Shown here: positions 27,122-36,627 of the stretch, piece after piece
Numbering within the stretch: position 1 is the first letter of the stretch
Layout: each line of letters begins with the position of its first letter
Notes under the pieces: model-generated
Seen by the model: the letters and a program-made list of their open reading frames with translations, nothing else
The model's database searches: none
What the model was told of the DNA's origin: nothing
Position numbers and translations under genes: made by a program
DNA from: Candidatus Avoscillospira stercorigallinarum
Lineage (GTDB): Bacteria > Bacillota > Clostridia > Oscillospirales > Oscillospiraceae
DNA length: 64,000 nt
Assembly (NCBI GenBank): GCA_018713205.1
Contig: DVFN01000015.1
Coordinates: forward strand, 23,553-87,552
Reading direction: 5' to 3'

Positions 27122-30100
27122 TCACAATTCCACGGCCTGGCTGATAGCGAAGAAGTAGAGAATCTTTCGTTTTACCGGCAGCCGGTAGATTCGTCCCAGG
27201 GCCTCGGCGTAGGCGTTCAGCTGGGGGGCGTAATGGGCGGCGCGGGCGGCGACGGAAGCGGCGTCCACCCGGTCGGTTTTGAAGTCCAGAATGGTCAGGC
27301 CGTCGGGCTCCACGGCAAAGCAGTCCACCACGCCCTGGAGCATCACCTGTTCCCCGGGCACGTCCCAGCCCAGCCGGGCGGCGTCGGTGAGGAGGGAGAA
27401 CTTGAACTCCCGGCGGACCTCATTTTGCCCCAGCAGCCATTGGCCCAGGGCCGAGGTGAAGAAGGCCAGCACCTGGTCGGCGCGGACGGCGGCGGTCTGG
27501 CCGGCGGTGAGAAATTCCTCCCGCAGCAGCCGGTTCCGCTCCGCTTCGATTGCCTCGGCCGTGGTGCAGGCTTCGTACCGGGCGAACTGCATAAAGAGAT
27601 GGGTTGCCACGCCCCGCTCGGCGGCGGTCATGGCCCGGGGCAGAAAGCTGGGGCGGCGGAAGGCGCTGGGCGGCAGAGGCTGGACGGCCCCGGCGGCGGC
27701 CTCCTCGTCGGGAACCCGGCCCTTGAGCTGGGTGGCCGTGAGCTTGGCGGGGATGGCGGCGGCAGCCGCGTGGGGATAGACGTAGTCCAGCAGCGCCAGA
27801 GACGCCGGGTCCGGCTGGGGCGGCGTCAGGTCCCGGAGACTGCCCGTCCCGGTTGCTTCATCGGAATCGGCCAGATCCACGGCCTCGATGCGCCAGGTGT
27901 CCGGCCAGACCCGGGAGACGGGGCTGGGCCCCGACCGGGCGAAGAGGGCCCCGGCTTCAGTGCGAGTCAGGGCGGCCAGCAGAACCCAGTAGCCCGGGGA
28001 AGAGGCGGCGGCGCAGAGCTCGTCGGACAGGGGCAGCGTCAGCTGGGAGCAGAGGTTTTTCAGCTCCCGGTCCAGATAGCGGCTGTAATAGGTCATCACC
28101 AGCCGGTCCTGGGCCCGGGTCATGGCCACATAGAGGACCCGCAGCTCCTCGGAAACGGCCTCCTTGTTTTTCTTGCGGGCGATGGCGGTTTTCGCCAAGG
28201 TGGGGTAGCGGATCATGCGCTCGTTGTCCACCCGGTTGCAGCCCAGGGCCAAATCGCTGTCGGCCAGAATGGCCTCCCGCAGATCCTGGAGGTTGAACTT
28301 CCGCGAGAGGTCGCAGAGGAACACCACCGGGAACTCCAGCCCCTTGGAGGCGTGGACCGTCATAAGGGTGACGGCGTCACCGGCGGCGTCCTTGGGCCGG
28401 GGCAGCTGGCCGCCGCTGGCCTGGAGGTCCCGCAGATGCCACAGCAGCTGGGGCAGCGCCTTGGCGCCGGAGGTTTCAAAGGAGGCGGCGAAGCGGGCGA
28501 AGGCCCGGAGATTCCGGGTGCGGCTCAGACCGTCGGCCATGGCGGCGAAGACGTGGAGCATCCCGGTCCGGCGGAAGACGCTCTCCAGCAGCGCCCGGAG
28601 GTTCATCCACTTGGCGTCCTCCCGCAGGGCGGAGAGGGTTTCCAGGAAGGGGGCAAAGGCTTCGGGCTCCCGGCAGATGGCGTCGTAGAGGTCCGAGGTC
28701 CGGTCCCGGGTCCGGGGCTGGGCCAGCTGATCGGGGCTGACGCCGAAGAGGGGACTCAGGAGCACCGCGGCCAGAGGCACGTCCTGGTGGGGATCGTCCA
28801 GCACCTGGAGCAGCGATACCAGCAGCTGCACCTCCGGCGTGTCCAGCAGGCTGCCGCCCCGGTCACAGACCGCCGGGATGCCCTGGCGGCTCAGCTCCTC
28901 CAGATAGATCTGGGCCGTGCCCGAGAGGGACCGCATCAGAATGGCCGCGTCGCCGGGCTTCATGGGCCGGAGGCCGTCTCCGTCGGAAACGGGCTCGCCC
29001 TGGTCCAGCATCTCCCGCAGACGGCGGGCCGCGTAGCGGGCCTCGGCCCGGACCTTGTCGGGGGCCTCCTCGCCGGAGTCGGTCAGACAGTGGAGCTCCA
29101 CCGGCTGCTCCAGGGCGGGGAAGGACCGGCCGGGCCGCAGGGCCTCCCGGTCGGTGTAGTCCAGGTCGCCCACGGCCTTGCGCATGACCAGGGAGAAAAC
29201 CTGGTTGCAGGCGGCCAAAATCTCGGGCCGGGACCGGAAGTTCTCCGAGAGCAGAATCTTCCGGGGCTCGCCCCCTTCAGCCTGGGCTGCGTCGGGATAC
29301 GTTTCGTATTTCGCCAGAAACAGCGTCGGATCGGCCAGCCGGAAACGGTAGATGGACTGCTTCACGTCGCCCACCATAAAGCGGTTGCGGCCCGCCCGGG
29401 AGATGGCCTCGAAAATGGCCTCCTGGACGGCGTTGGAATCCTGGTACTCGTCCACCAGAATTTCGTCGAACCGGGCGCTGACCTCCCGGGCCACGGCGGT
29501 GGGCTGATGGGTATAGCGGTCGGTCAGCAGGCGGATGGCCTGGTGCTCCAGGTCGGAGAAGTCCAGCACCCGGCGGCGGCGCTTTTCGGCGGCGTAGGCC
29601 TGTTCCACCTGGACGGTGAAGGCCAGCAGGGTCTGGAGCGCCGGGGTTGTCTCGGTAAGGTCGGCCAGCATCTCCCGGGACGGGGCGAAGAACCGGTCCT
29701 GCCAGGCCTTCAGCTCCGACCAGGCCGTCGTGCGGACCTTGGCCAGCCGGTCCTTGACCGCCGGGTCCTCGGGCTGGCGGATGGTCCCGGCCCGGCCAAA
29801 GCTGGTGATTTTCTTCTCGATCAGCTGGTCCCAGGTCTCGAATGCAGCCAGCTTTGCCAGCTGCCGGAGATTTTCCTCAAAGACCGGCCCCAGACCCTTC
29901 CGGATCTTGGGATAGGCCTCCATCTCCCGGAGGGCGTCGGCCAGCTTCTCCTGCTGCCGCCGGAGAAAGGCCCGGAACTCGTCTAAGAGGTAGGCCCCCC
30001 AGGGCGTCTCGGCGGCGTCGGCATAGCGGGAGAGGTCCAGGATCTCCGCCATCTCCGCCTGCCAGGCCGCCGGGTCCGGACGGCAGCGCAGCTCGCCCAG

Positions 30101-30637
30101 GACCATGGTCACGGCCTCGGGCAGCCGCCGGTCGTCCCGGCCATAGCCGAAGACGTCGGCCATGGCGAGGAAGTCCGGATCGGCGGCGGTATAGGCATCC
30201 TCCAGCGCCTGGTCCAGTACCCGGGCGAGGATGGCCCGGCTTTCGGCCTCCTCGGCCACGCGGAAGTCGGCGGGCAGATCCAGCCGGTGGGCGTAGGTCC
30301 GCAGCAGATTGCCGCAGAAGGCGTGGACCGTGGAAATCTCCGCCAGATAGATCCGGTGGAGCTGCCGCTGCAGGTGGCGGTTCTCCGGCTCCAGGGCCAG
30401 CCGCTGGCTCAGCGCCTGGGCGATTTTCAGCCGCAGCTCGGCGGCGGCGGCCTTGGTGTAGGTGATGACCAGGAAGTCGTCGATGTTCCGGGGACGGACC
30501 GGGTCCAGGACCTTCCGCAGCAGCCGGTCCACCAGGACCTTGGTCTTGCCGGACCCCGCCGCCGCCGAGACCAGCAGCGCGCCGCCCTCGTTGTCCACCA
30601 CCGCCTGCTGGGCGGCGGTCAGTTTGATCTCAGCCAT
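27122..30637 (-). CDS. addA: ATP-dependent helicase/nuclease subunit A
   Basis: 1171 aa. UvrD-type motifs (AAAGSGKT, DEYQDSN, TVHASKGLEF) plus a C-terminal PD-(D/E)xK nuclease (GVVDCF ... ILDFKTD). Confidence 0.92.
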   Translation of the reverse strand: MAEIKLTAAQQAVVDNEGGALLVSAAAGSGKTKVLVDRLLRKVLDPVRPRNIDDFLVITYTKAAAAELRLKIAQALSQRLALEPENRHLQRQLHRIYLAEISTVHAFCGNLLRTYAHRLDLPADFRVAEEAESRAILARVLDQALEDAYTAADPDFLAMADVFGYGRDDRRLPEAVTMVLGELRCRPDPAAWQAEMAEILDLSRYADAAETPWGAYLLDEFRAFLRRQQEKLADALREMEAYPKIRKGLGPVFEENLRQLAKLAAFETWDQLIEKKITSFGRAGTIRQPEDPAVKDRLAKVRTTAWSELKAWQDRFFAPSREMLADLTETTPALQTLLAFTVQVEQAYAAEKRRRRVLDFSDLEHQAIRLLTDRYTHQPTAVAREVSARFDEILVDEYQDSNAVQEAIFEAISRAGRNRFMVGDVKQSIYRFRLADPTLFLAKYETYPDAAQAEGGEPRKILLSENFRSRPEILAACNQVFSLVMRKAVGDLDYTDREALRPGRSFPALEQPVELHCLTDSGEEAPDKVRAEARYAARRLREMLDQGEPVSDGDGLRPMKPGDAAILMRSLSGTAQIYLEELSRQGIPAVCDRGGSLLDTPEVQLLVSLLQVLDDPHQDVPLAAVLLSPLFGVSPDQLAQPRTRDRTSDLYDAICREPEAFAPFLETLSALREDAKWMNLRALLESVFRRTGMLHVFAAMADGLSRTRNLRAFARFAASFETSGAKALPQLLWHLRDLQASGGQLPRPKDAAGDAVTLMTVHASKGLEFPVVFLCDLSRKFNLQDLREAILADSDLALGCNRVDNERMIRYPTLAKTAIARKKNKEAVSEELRVLYVAMTRAQDRLVMTYYSRYLDRELKNLCSQLTLPLSDELCAAASSPGYWVLLAALTRTEAGALFARSGPSPVSRVWPDTWRIEAVDLADSDEATGTGSLRDLTPPQPDPASLALLDYVYPHAAAAAIPAKLTATQLKGRVPDEEAAAGAVQPLPPSAFRRPSFLPRAMTAAERGVATHLFMQFARYEACTTAEAIEAERNRLLREEFLTAGQTAAVRADQVLAFFTSALGQWLLGQNEVRREFKFSLLTDAARLGWDVPGEQVMLQGVVDCFAVEPDGLTILDFKTDRVDAASVAARAAHYAPQLNAYAEALGRIYRLPVKRKILYFFAISQAVEL

Positions 30638-33600
30638 GGCGGTCCTCCTCCTCTAAGATCTGCCAGAATGTGGCCGCGTCGGTGGCGGCGAAGTTTCGGG
30701 TCTCCCGGGGACAGAGGTCCCCGTGGCAGACGGTTTGATAGTCGCAGAATTTACAGGCCCCGTCGCTGCCCCGCTGGACCGGGTTGGGCCCCACGGCCCC
30801 GGCGGCAATCTGGTCGGCCATCTGGGCCAGGGTCCTGGTCACGTGGCGCTCCAGCAGGGCCAGCTGGTCGGCCGTGGCCAGATTGCCCACGGCCTCGCCC
30901 TTTTTTATCTGATAGGGCATAAACCGGGGATGGGCCGGGTCGGCCTCCATGGCTGCGAGAATCTGGTCCCAGCCCAGGATCAGACCCCGGCGGCGGCGTT
31001 CTTCCCGGTGGGCGTCCCGCACCTCCTCCTCCGAGGGCTGGGGCTGGGTCAGAGTGTAGGTCTGCCGGGCCGGCAGATAGAGCACCCCGGCGGGAATCAA
31101 GGCGTCCCGGCCGAAATAGGCCCCGCCCGCCGCCTGGAGGGCGAAGAGGTAGATGAGCATTTGGAGCCCCGCGCCGTAGAGAATATCGGTGTAGTCAAAG
31201 TCCTTCTGGCCGGTCTTGTAGTCCACCACCCGGACGTAGGTCTTGCCGTCCATCTCGCAGAGGTCCACCCGGTCCACAAAGCCGGAGACGCGGCAGACGG
31301 CGGTTTGCCCCGCGATTTCCACCGGCGGCAGCGCGCCCTGGGCCGAGAACTCCAGCTCGCAGCCGGCGGGCTGAAACCGGCTGTCGTGGAGCTCCTCGCC
31401 CAGATCCAGCACCACGTCCAGCACCTCCCGCCGGGCCCGGCGGAACAGGTGGGCCGCCCGCTGGGCCTGCTGGGGAAAGCGCTGGGCGGCGTAGCGGTCC
31501 ATCTCCTCCACGGCGATGGCGGTGAGCCGCTGGGCGGTGACGGCGGGGAAGCCGCCCTCGTCGTTGACCCGGCCCACCGTGGCCTCCAGCACGGCGTGGA
31601 CGAAGGTGCCGAAGGCCGAGGGGTCCATCTTGGCCTGCTTCCGGGGCTGGGCCTTGAGGCCGTAGGCCAGGAAATAGGAGAGACGGCATCCGGCGTATTT
31701 GTCGATTCGGGAGGCCGAGAGGTAGAGGGTCTTGCCGTAGAGCCCGGCCACAGTCTCGGGGGCGAGGGGCGTGAAGTCGTAGTCCCGCCGGGCTTTCAGC
31801 CGCGCCCGTACCTGGGAGAGGCCCGGCAGGTCGCGCCCGGAGCCGTGGCGCAGGTCGAAGGCCGCCAGCCCCTCCGGACTGAGAAAGACCTCGGCGGGTC
31901 CTTCGTGCACGGACGCCGGGAAGGCCCGGGCCGCCCGGCGGAAGAGCCACGCCGGCTGTTCCCCGGTATAGGACAGGGCGATGGTTTCCTCGGCGGCGGC
32001 GAGAGCCGCGGCGATGCGGCCCATCTCCTGATCCAGCTGGTCGGCCCGGCTGGGGGCCAGGGAGATGCCCTGGGCCAGCAGCCGCCGCCGTTCCTCCTCG
32101 GTCAGTAAGCCCTCGGCCCCGCGATAGGCCGGGAAGGCCCCGTCGGCGGTTCCCAGCACCAGCAGGTGCTTCGTCCGCCGCTGCCGCAGATCCGGCAGGG
32201 GACCGGCCAGAACCTGGTCCAGCCCGGCGGGGATGGTGCCGACGGCGTATTGACTCAGCAGCGTCCGCACCAGACGGACAAAGCCGTCGGGGGTCCGGGG
32301 CGTGGGCCCCAGGGCCAGCCACAGCTGCTCCAGGCAGTCCCGGAGGATGTCGTAGAGCTGCCGGAGCTCCTGGGCCATCTGATTTTCTCCGGCGGCCAGA
32401 CGGGCCTCGGCCTCCCGGGCCAGCCGCTCCCGGAGCTGCACGGCGTCGAGGAAGTCGGCCAGGGCCAGGGTCATCTCGCCGGTGGTACCGGCGGCGCGGA
32501 TGGCGCGGCGCAGAGTGAGGAGCTCCGCCAGGGCCGTTTGCCGGTGGGTGTTGAGGGCGGCCAAGGCGGCGCGGTCGCCGTCGGTCCAGTCCTCGCCGTA
32601 GCCCCGGGGATGGAAGGTCCAGTCCTGCTCCCAGAGACTGCCGTGGAGATTCCAGCGGAAGGCGTAGCCGTCCAGCCGGTCGCACCAGTCCCGGTCCTCC
32701 AGAGGCAGGCCCGATTTGAGATAGAGCGCCGCGTCCTCGTAGTCCAGAGGCCCGGCCGCCGCGGCCAGCGCCGAGAGTACCGCCCCGTAGACCGGCTTGC
32801 TCAGCAGATCCGTCTCCCCGGCCAGGTACAGAGGGAGCCCGGCCTCGGCAAAGGCGGCCCGGAGCGGGCCCTCGTAGAGCCCCGGGTCGCAGAGGCCCAG
32901 GGAGATATCCCGGCACCGGCTGCCCCGGGCCAGCAGCTCCTTGACCCGCAGGGCCGCGCCCCGGCATTCGTCCTCTACGGCCTCATAGGCGGTCAGGGCC
33001 ACGGAATCGGCCTGGAAGGGACCGGCGGCTCCGGCGAAGAGGCAGTCCAGCAGGGCCTGGACGCCGGGGTCCCGGGGCTGCCGGGCCGTCACCCGGTCCA
33101 CGGTCACCGGAATGCTCCACTGCGCCGCCAGCAGGCGCAGGCTCCGGGCGGTCTCCCGCACCGGACGGGTGATGGCCGTCTCGGCATCGCCGGTGGTCAG
33201 GGCCACGGTCAGGCCCCGGCTCCGGCGCAGCAGCGCCTCCAGCACCCGGAGCTCGGCCCCGGTGAAGTCGGAGAAGCCGTCCACCCAGATCCGGTGGGAG
33301 GCGGCCCAGTCCGTTTCCACCAGCCGGTCGGCCAGAACCGCCAGCTTTTCGGCCGGGTCCGCCGCCCCCTGGGCCGTCACCGCCAGATAGCCCTCGTACA
33401 GCAGGGCCAGCTCCGTCAGCTTCTGGGCAAACTGCCCCTCCGACCGGCCCGCCGCCTCCAGCAAAGCCGCGGGAGTCAGACAGTAGCTTTGAAATTCCTC
33501 GGTCATTTTCACCAGATCCGCGAGGAACTCCGGCCGCCGCAGCACCGACGCGTAGAGATGGATGTTGGAGGCCGTCTGCTCCGCGGCCAAAGCCATGGCC

Positions 33601-33869
33601 AGCAGCCGTCCGCCCTGGTCGAGATAGGCCCGAGCCGCGCCGCCGTAGGCGGCGGCCACCCGGTTCCACAGCCGCGAGAAGCTCAGCACCTCGGCATAGC
33701 GGCTGATGCCGTCGCCGCCCACCTGACAGAGGGTCCGCTCGGCCTCGTGGGAGAACTGCTCCGGCACCAGAAGGATCTGCCCCGGCTCCGCGGCCGCCTG
33801 CCGCACCAGCTTGTCCGCCAAATGCCGCGACAGCGCCGTCCGATCCGCGCCCGTACACAATGTCAGCAT
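30630..33869 (-). CDS. addB: ATP-dependent helicase/deoxyribonuclease subunit B
   Basis: 1079 aa, overlapping the addA start by 8 nt. C-terminal RecB-like nuclease (VVDYKTG) with Fe-S cysteines (C...CKFCDYQTVC). Confidence 0.9.
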   Translation of the reverse strand: MLTLCTGADRTALSRHLADKLVRQAAAEPGQILLVPEQFSHEAERTLCQVGGDGISRYAEVLSFSRLWNRVAAAYGGAARAYLDQGGRLLAMALAAEQTASNIHLYASVLRRPEFLADLVKMTEEFQSYCLTPAALLEAAGRSEGQFAQKLTELALLYEGYLAVTAQGAADPAEKLAVLADRLVETDWAASHRIWVDGFSDFTGAELRVLEALLRRSRGLTVALTTGDAETAITRPVRETARSLRLLAAQWSIPVTVDRVTARQPRDPGVQALLDCLFAGAAGPFQADSVALTAYEAVEDECRGAALRVKELLARGSRCRDISLGLCDPGLYEGPLRAAFAEAGLPLYLAGETDLLSKPVYGAVLSALAAAAGPLDYEDAALYLKSGLPLEDRDWCDRLDGYAFRWNLHGSLWEQDWTFHPRGYGEDWTDGDRAALAALNTHRQTALAELLTLRRAIRAAGTTGEMTLALADFLDAVQLRERLAREAEARLAAGENQMAQELRQLYDILRDCLEQLWLALGPTPRTPDGFVRLVRTLLSQYAVGTIPAGLDQVLAGPLPDLRQRRTKHLLVLGTADGAFPAYRGAEGLLTEEERRRLLAQGISLAPSRADQLDQEMGRIAAALAAAEETIALSYTGEQPAWLFRRAARAFPASVHEGPAEVFLSPEGLAAFDLRHGSGRDLPGLSQVRARLKARRDYDFTPLAPETVAGLYGKTLYLSASRIDKYAGCRLSYFLAYGLKAQPRKQAKMDPSAFGTFVHAVLEATVGRVNDEGGFPAVTAQRLTAIAVEEMDRYAAQRFPQQAQRAAHLFRRARREVLDVVLDLGEELHDSRFQPAGCELEFSAQGALPPVEIAGQTAVCRVSGFVDRVDLCEMDGKTYVRVVDYKTGQKDFDYTDILYGAGLQMLIYLFALQAAGGAYFGRDALIPAGVLYLPARQTYTLTQPQPSEEEVRDAHREERRRRGLILGWDQILAAMEADPAHPRFMPYQIKKGEAVGNLATADQLALLERHVTRTLAQMADQIAAGAVGPNPVQRGSDGACKFCDYQTVCHGDLCPRETRNFAATDAATFWQILEEEDRHG

Positions 33870-33901
33870 ATCCGTCCCCGCTTTCGTTGGTAGATGGCCC
33901 T

Positions 33902-33930
33902 ATTATACGGAGTTTTCCCCGATCGCGCAA
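33902..33930 (-). promoter_or_regulatory. candidate sigma-A promoter for addBA
   Basis: Minus strand TTGCGC-17 nt-TATAAT, with the -10 about 33 nt upstream of ATG 33869. Confidence 0.5.
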
Positions 33931-33955
33931 CCCCGGTGGTCCCAGCGGTGCGGTC

Positions 33956-34484
33956 CGGGCGGCCTGTATGGCCGCCCGAGCAGGCCCCCGATTCCCGCCG
34001 TACCCCCGCCGAATCTCGTAGGGCGGCATGCCCACATGCCGCCATGACCGGGTTTCGACGATTGCGAGCCAGGCGATTCCGGCAGCCTGGTTAGGCGGGG
34101 TGTGGGCACCCCGCCCTACGGACCAGGTCAATGGTACGTCGTAGGGGCGGCCTTTATGGCCGCCCGAGGAGACAGGCGATTTTTACCGCACTCCCGCCGA
34201 ATCTCGTAGGGCGGCATGCCCACATGCCGCCATGACCGGGTTTCGACGATTGCAAGCCTGGCAATTCCGGCAGCCTGGTTAGGCGGGGTGTGGGCACCCC
34301 GCCCTACGGACCAGGTCGAAAGCGCGGCGTAGGGGCGGCCTTTATGGCCGCCCGAGGAGACTGGCGATTTTTACCGCACTCCCGCCGAATCTCGTAGGGC
34401 GGCATGCCCACATGCCGCCATGACCGGGCTTCGACGACCGCAAGTCTGTCCGAAGGCGCCGTAGGGGCGGCTATCAGCCGCCCG
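33956..34484. repeat. REP/BIME-like cluster F (9 units; contains 188-bp tandem duplication)
   Basis: Units 33956-33978 (degenerate head), 34018-34043(+), 34094-34119(-), 34141-34166(+), 34206-34231(+), 34282-34307(-), 34329-34354(+), 34394-34419(+), 34461-34484(+). Confidence 0.92.
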
Positions 34485-34548
34485 AGCAGGCCCCCGATCC
34501 CCGCCGCACCCTCGCCAGACGCAATAGCCGCAGGCATGGGCGGAGGCG

Positions 34549-34576
34549 CAAAAAACGCCCCGCACAGGCGGGGCGC
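34549..34576 (-). terminator. intrinsic terminator after ftsZ
   Basis: CGCCCCGC-acag-GCGGGGCG. On the minus strand it is followed by TTTTTT, 14 nt after the ftsZ stop. Confidence 0.75.
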
Positions 34577-34589
34577 TGGAGATACGGAA

Positions 34590-35663
34590 TCAGTTCTTGT
34601 TGAAGATTTTGAAAATGGCGTCGATGTCGTTGTCGTCCTCCACGGGGGCGGCGGGACGGCTGCTGCCGCGCTCCATGCCGGAGGAGAAAGCGCCCAGACG
34701 GGTGGTGGGCTTCTTCTCGTCGAAGCCCGTGGCGATGACGGTGACGCGCATTTCGTCCTCCAGGGAGTCGTCGAAGGCCGAGCCGAAGATGATATTGGCC
34801 TCGGGATTGGCGGCCTCCTGGACGATGCTGGCAGCGGTCTCCACGTCGTCCAGACCCAGGTCGGAGGAGCCGGTGATGTTGATGAGCACGCCCATGGCGC
34901 CGTTGATCGAGGTCTCCAGCAGGGGGCTGGCCACGGCGGCCTGGGCGGCCTGCTCGGCCTTGTCGCGGCCGGTGGCGGAGCCGACGCCCATATGGGCCCG
35001 GCCGGCGTCCTTCATAATGGCGGACACGTCGGCGAAGTCCAGGTTGATATTGACGTGCTCCGAATAGCCCACCAGCTCGGAGATGGACTGGACGGCCTGC
35101 TTGAGCACGTCGTCGGCGATGCCGAAGGCGTTGGCAAAGGTGATCTTCTGATCGGTGACGTACTTGAGGCGGTCGTTGGGAATGATAATCAGGCTATCGA
35201 CCTTGTCGGACAGGTTGGCGATACCGGCCTCTGCCTGCTTCATACGGTTGGCGCCCTCGAACTTGAAGGGCTTGGTGACGACGCCCACGGTGAGGATACC
35301 GGACTCGTGGGCCAGATCCGCGATGATGGGGGCCGCGCCGGTGCCGGTACCGCCGCCCATACCGGCGGTGATAAAGACCATATCGGTGCCCTCGAGGACC
35401 TTGGAGATGGCGGCCTTGGATTCCTCCGCGGACTTCTGACCAATGTCGGGCTTGGAGCCAGCGCCCATGCCGCCGGTAAGCTTTTCGCCGATCTGGATCT
35501 TGTTGCGGCAGTTGGACTTGTTGAGGTCCTGCTTATCGGTGTTGACCACCACAAATTCCACGCCGCCCACACCGGCCGCGATCATTCGATTGACGACGTT
35601 GTTGCCGGCGCCGCCGACACCGATCACTTTTATGGAAACGACTTTTTCTTCAAAATCAGGCAT
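34590..35663 (-). CDS. ftsZ: cell division GTPase FtsZ
   Basis: 357 aa. Tubulin signature GGGTGTGAAP, IKVIGVGGAGNN, and a C-terminal DIDAIFKIF peptide. Confidence 0.97.
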   Translation of the reverse strand: MPDFEEKVVSIKVIGVGGAGNNVVNRMIAAGVGGVEFVVVNTDKQDLNKSNCRNKIQIGEKLTGGMGAGSKPDIGQKSAEESKAAISKVLEGTDMVFITAGMGGGTGTGAAPIIADLAHESGILTVGVVTKPFKFEGANRMKQAEAGIANLSDKVDSLIIIPNDRLKYVTDQKITFANAFGIADDVLKQAVQSISELVGYSEHVNINLDFADVSAIMKDAGRAHMGVGSATGRDKAEQAAQAAVASPLLETSINGAMGVLINITGSSDLGLDDVETAASIVQEAANPEANIIFGSAFDDSLEDEMRVTVIATGFDEKKPTTRLGAFSSGMERGSSRPAAPVEDDNDIDAIFKIFNKN

Positions 35664-35726
35664 GGGTTGTTCCTCCTATGTAGAAATGCTGCAAAGCGTT
35701 TTCAGTTCACATAATTATACTTCATT

Positions 35727-35755
35727 ATAATATCGCGTATCCCGCCTCAGGTCAA
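35727..35755 (-). promoter_or_regulatory. candidate sigma-A promoter for ftsZ
   Basis: Minus strand TTGACC (35750-35755) - 17 nt - TATTAT (35727-35732) in the AT-rich ftsQ-ftsZ spacer. Confidence 0.5.
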
Positions 35756-35783
35756 TAGACAATTCGAGAAATTATGGTAAAAA

Positions 35784-36584
35784 TCACTCGGTCTGCTCCC
35801 ACTCATGGAAGACGGCGACCCGTTTTTCGGCGAAGGTCAGGTCGATACTGCCCGACAGAGCCGGGTCCAGGCCCTCCAGCACCGCCTGGAGGTACTGGAT
35901 TTTATAGGAGAGCTCATCGGTACCGCCCAGGAGGATCTGGTACTGATCCGAGGCCAAGAGCTCGATGTCGTAGGTTTTCTCCACATTGATGGTGGTGATT
36001 TTCTCCATCAGGCCGGTACCCTCCATGGCGCTGACGATTTCCAGCGCCGCGGCCATGGCGTCCTCCTGACCCTCGGTAGCGCGGGCAGTCTCACCGGCCT
36101 GGGGGTTCACCAGCGTGAAGCCGGTCATTTCCACCACCTGGCCGGTGAAATTGTCCAGGGAGCTGCCGAGGATACGGCCCTCGGTGTTGATGTACCAGCT
36201 GCCGCCCACGTCGGCCTCGACGAGGCCCGCAATCTGGCTCTCCTCCACCTGAATCACCACGGTGTCGGGGAGAATGCGGCCCACGCTGACGCGCTGGACA
36301 TAGGGAAGCCGCGCTTGGATACTGCCGCCGACGGCTTCACGGTTGAGCATAAAGAGATTGTCGCCCGGGGAGATGCCCGAGGCGTTGGCCACCTGGTCCC
36401 AGGAGTAGATGCTGTTGCCCTGGACCTCGATGGTACGGACGCGGAAAAAGAGGGCGACACCCAGTACAATGGCCGCCACCACAGCCACCATAATCAGCAG
36501 CCGTCCGATGATGCCCGTATGAAGTTCCCGGCGGCGGCCGGACCGTTTGGCCCGACGGCGCGCCCGATTGCGCGAATTAGCCAT
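35784..36584 (-). CDS. ftsQ: cell division protein FtsQ/DivIB
   Basis: 266 aa. Basic N-terminus, single TM, POTRA-like segment (IRTIEVQGN...) and position between murA and ftsZ. Confidence 0.8.
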   Translation of the reverse strand: MANSRNRARRRAKRSGRRRELHTGIIGRLLIMVAVVAAIVLGVALFFRVRTIEVQGNSIYSWDQVANASGISPGDNLFMLNREAVGGSIQARLPYVQRVSVGRILPDTVVIQVEESQIAGLVEADVGGSWYINTEGRILGSSLDNFTGQVVEMTGFTLVNPQAGETARATEGQEDAMAAALEIVSAMEGTGLMEKITTINVEKTYDIELLASDQYQILLGGTDELSYKIQYLQAVLEGLDPALSGSIDLTFAEKRVAVFHEWEQTE

Positions 36585-36627
36585 GATGACCTCCCGAAAT
36601 CAGAGCTTCGCTCCGACTTAGAGAGTA

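Noticed and set aside
19857-33893. Long antisense ORFs 19857-22370(+), 23945-25663(+), 27233-29986(+), 30723-32108(+), 32166-33893(+), 31195-32967(-), 32983-34131(-)
   Set aside because: Each lies opposite to, or out of frame with, strongly motif-supported genes (iorAB, acyl-CoA synthetase, addA, addB). The translations are dominated by G/R/P/A runs.
33956-34484. Repeat clusters considered as possible CRISPR arrays (this and the other 11 clusters)
   Set aside because: The units vary in sequence, alternate in orientation and have irregular short 'spacers' (about 21 and about 50 nt) that are themselves conserved. There is no leader and no cas genes. The pattern fits a REP/BIME-like architecture, not CRISPR.
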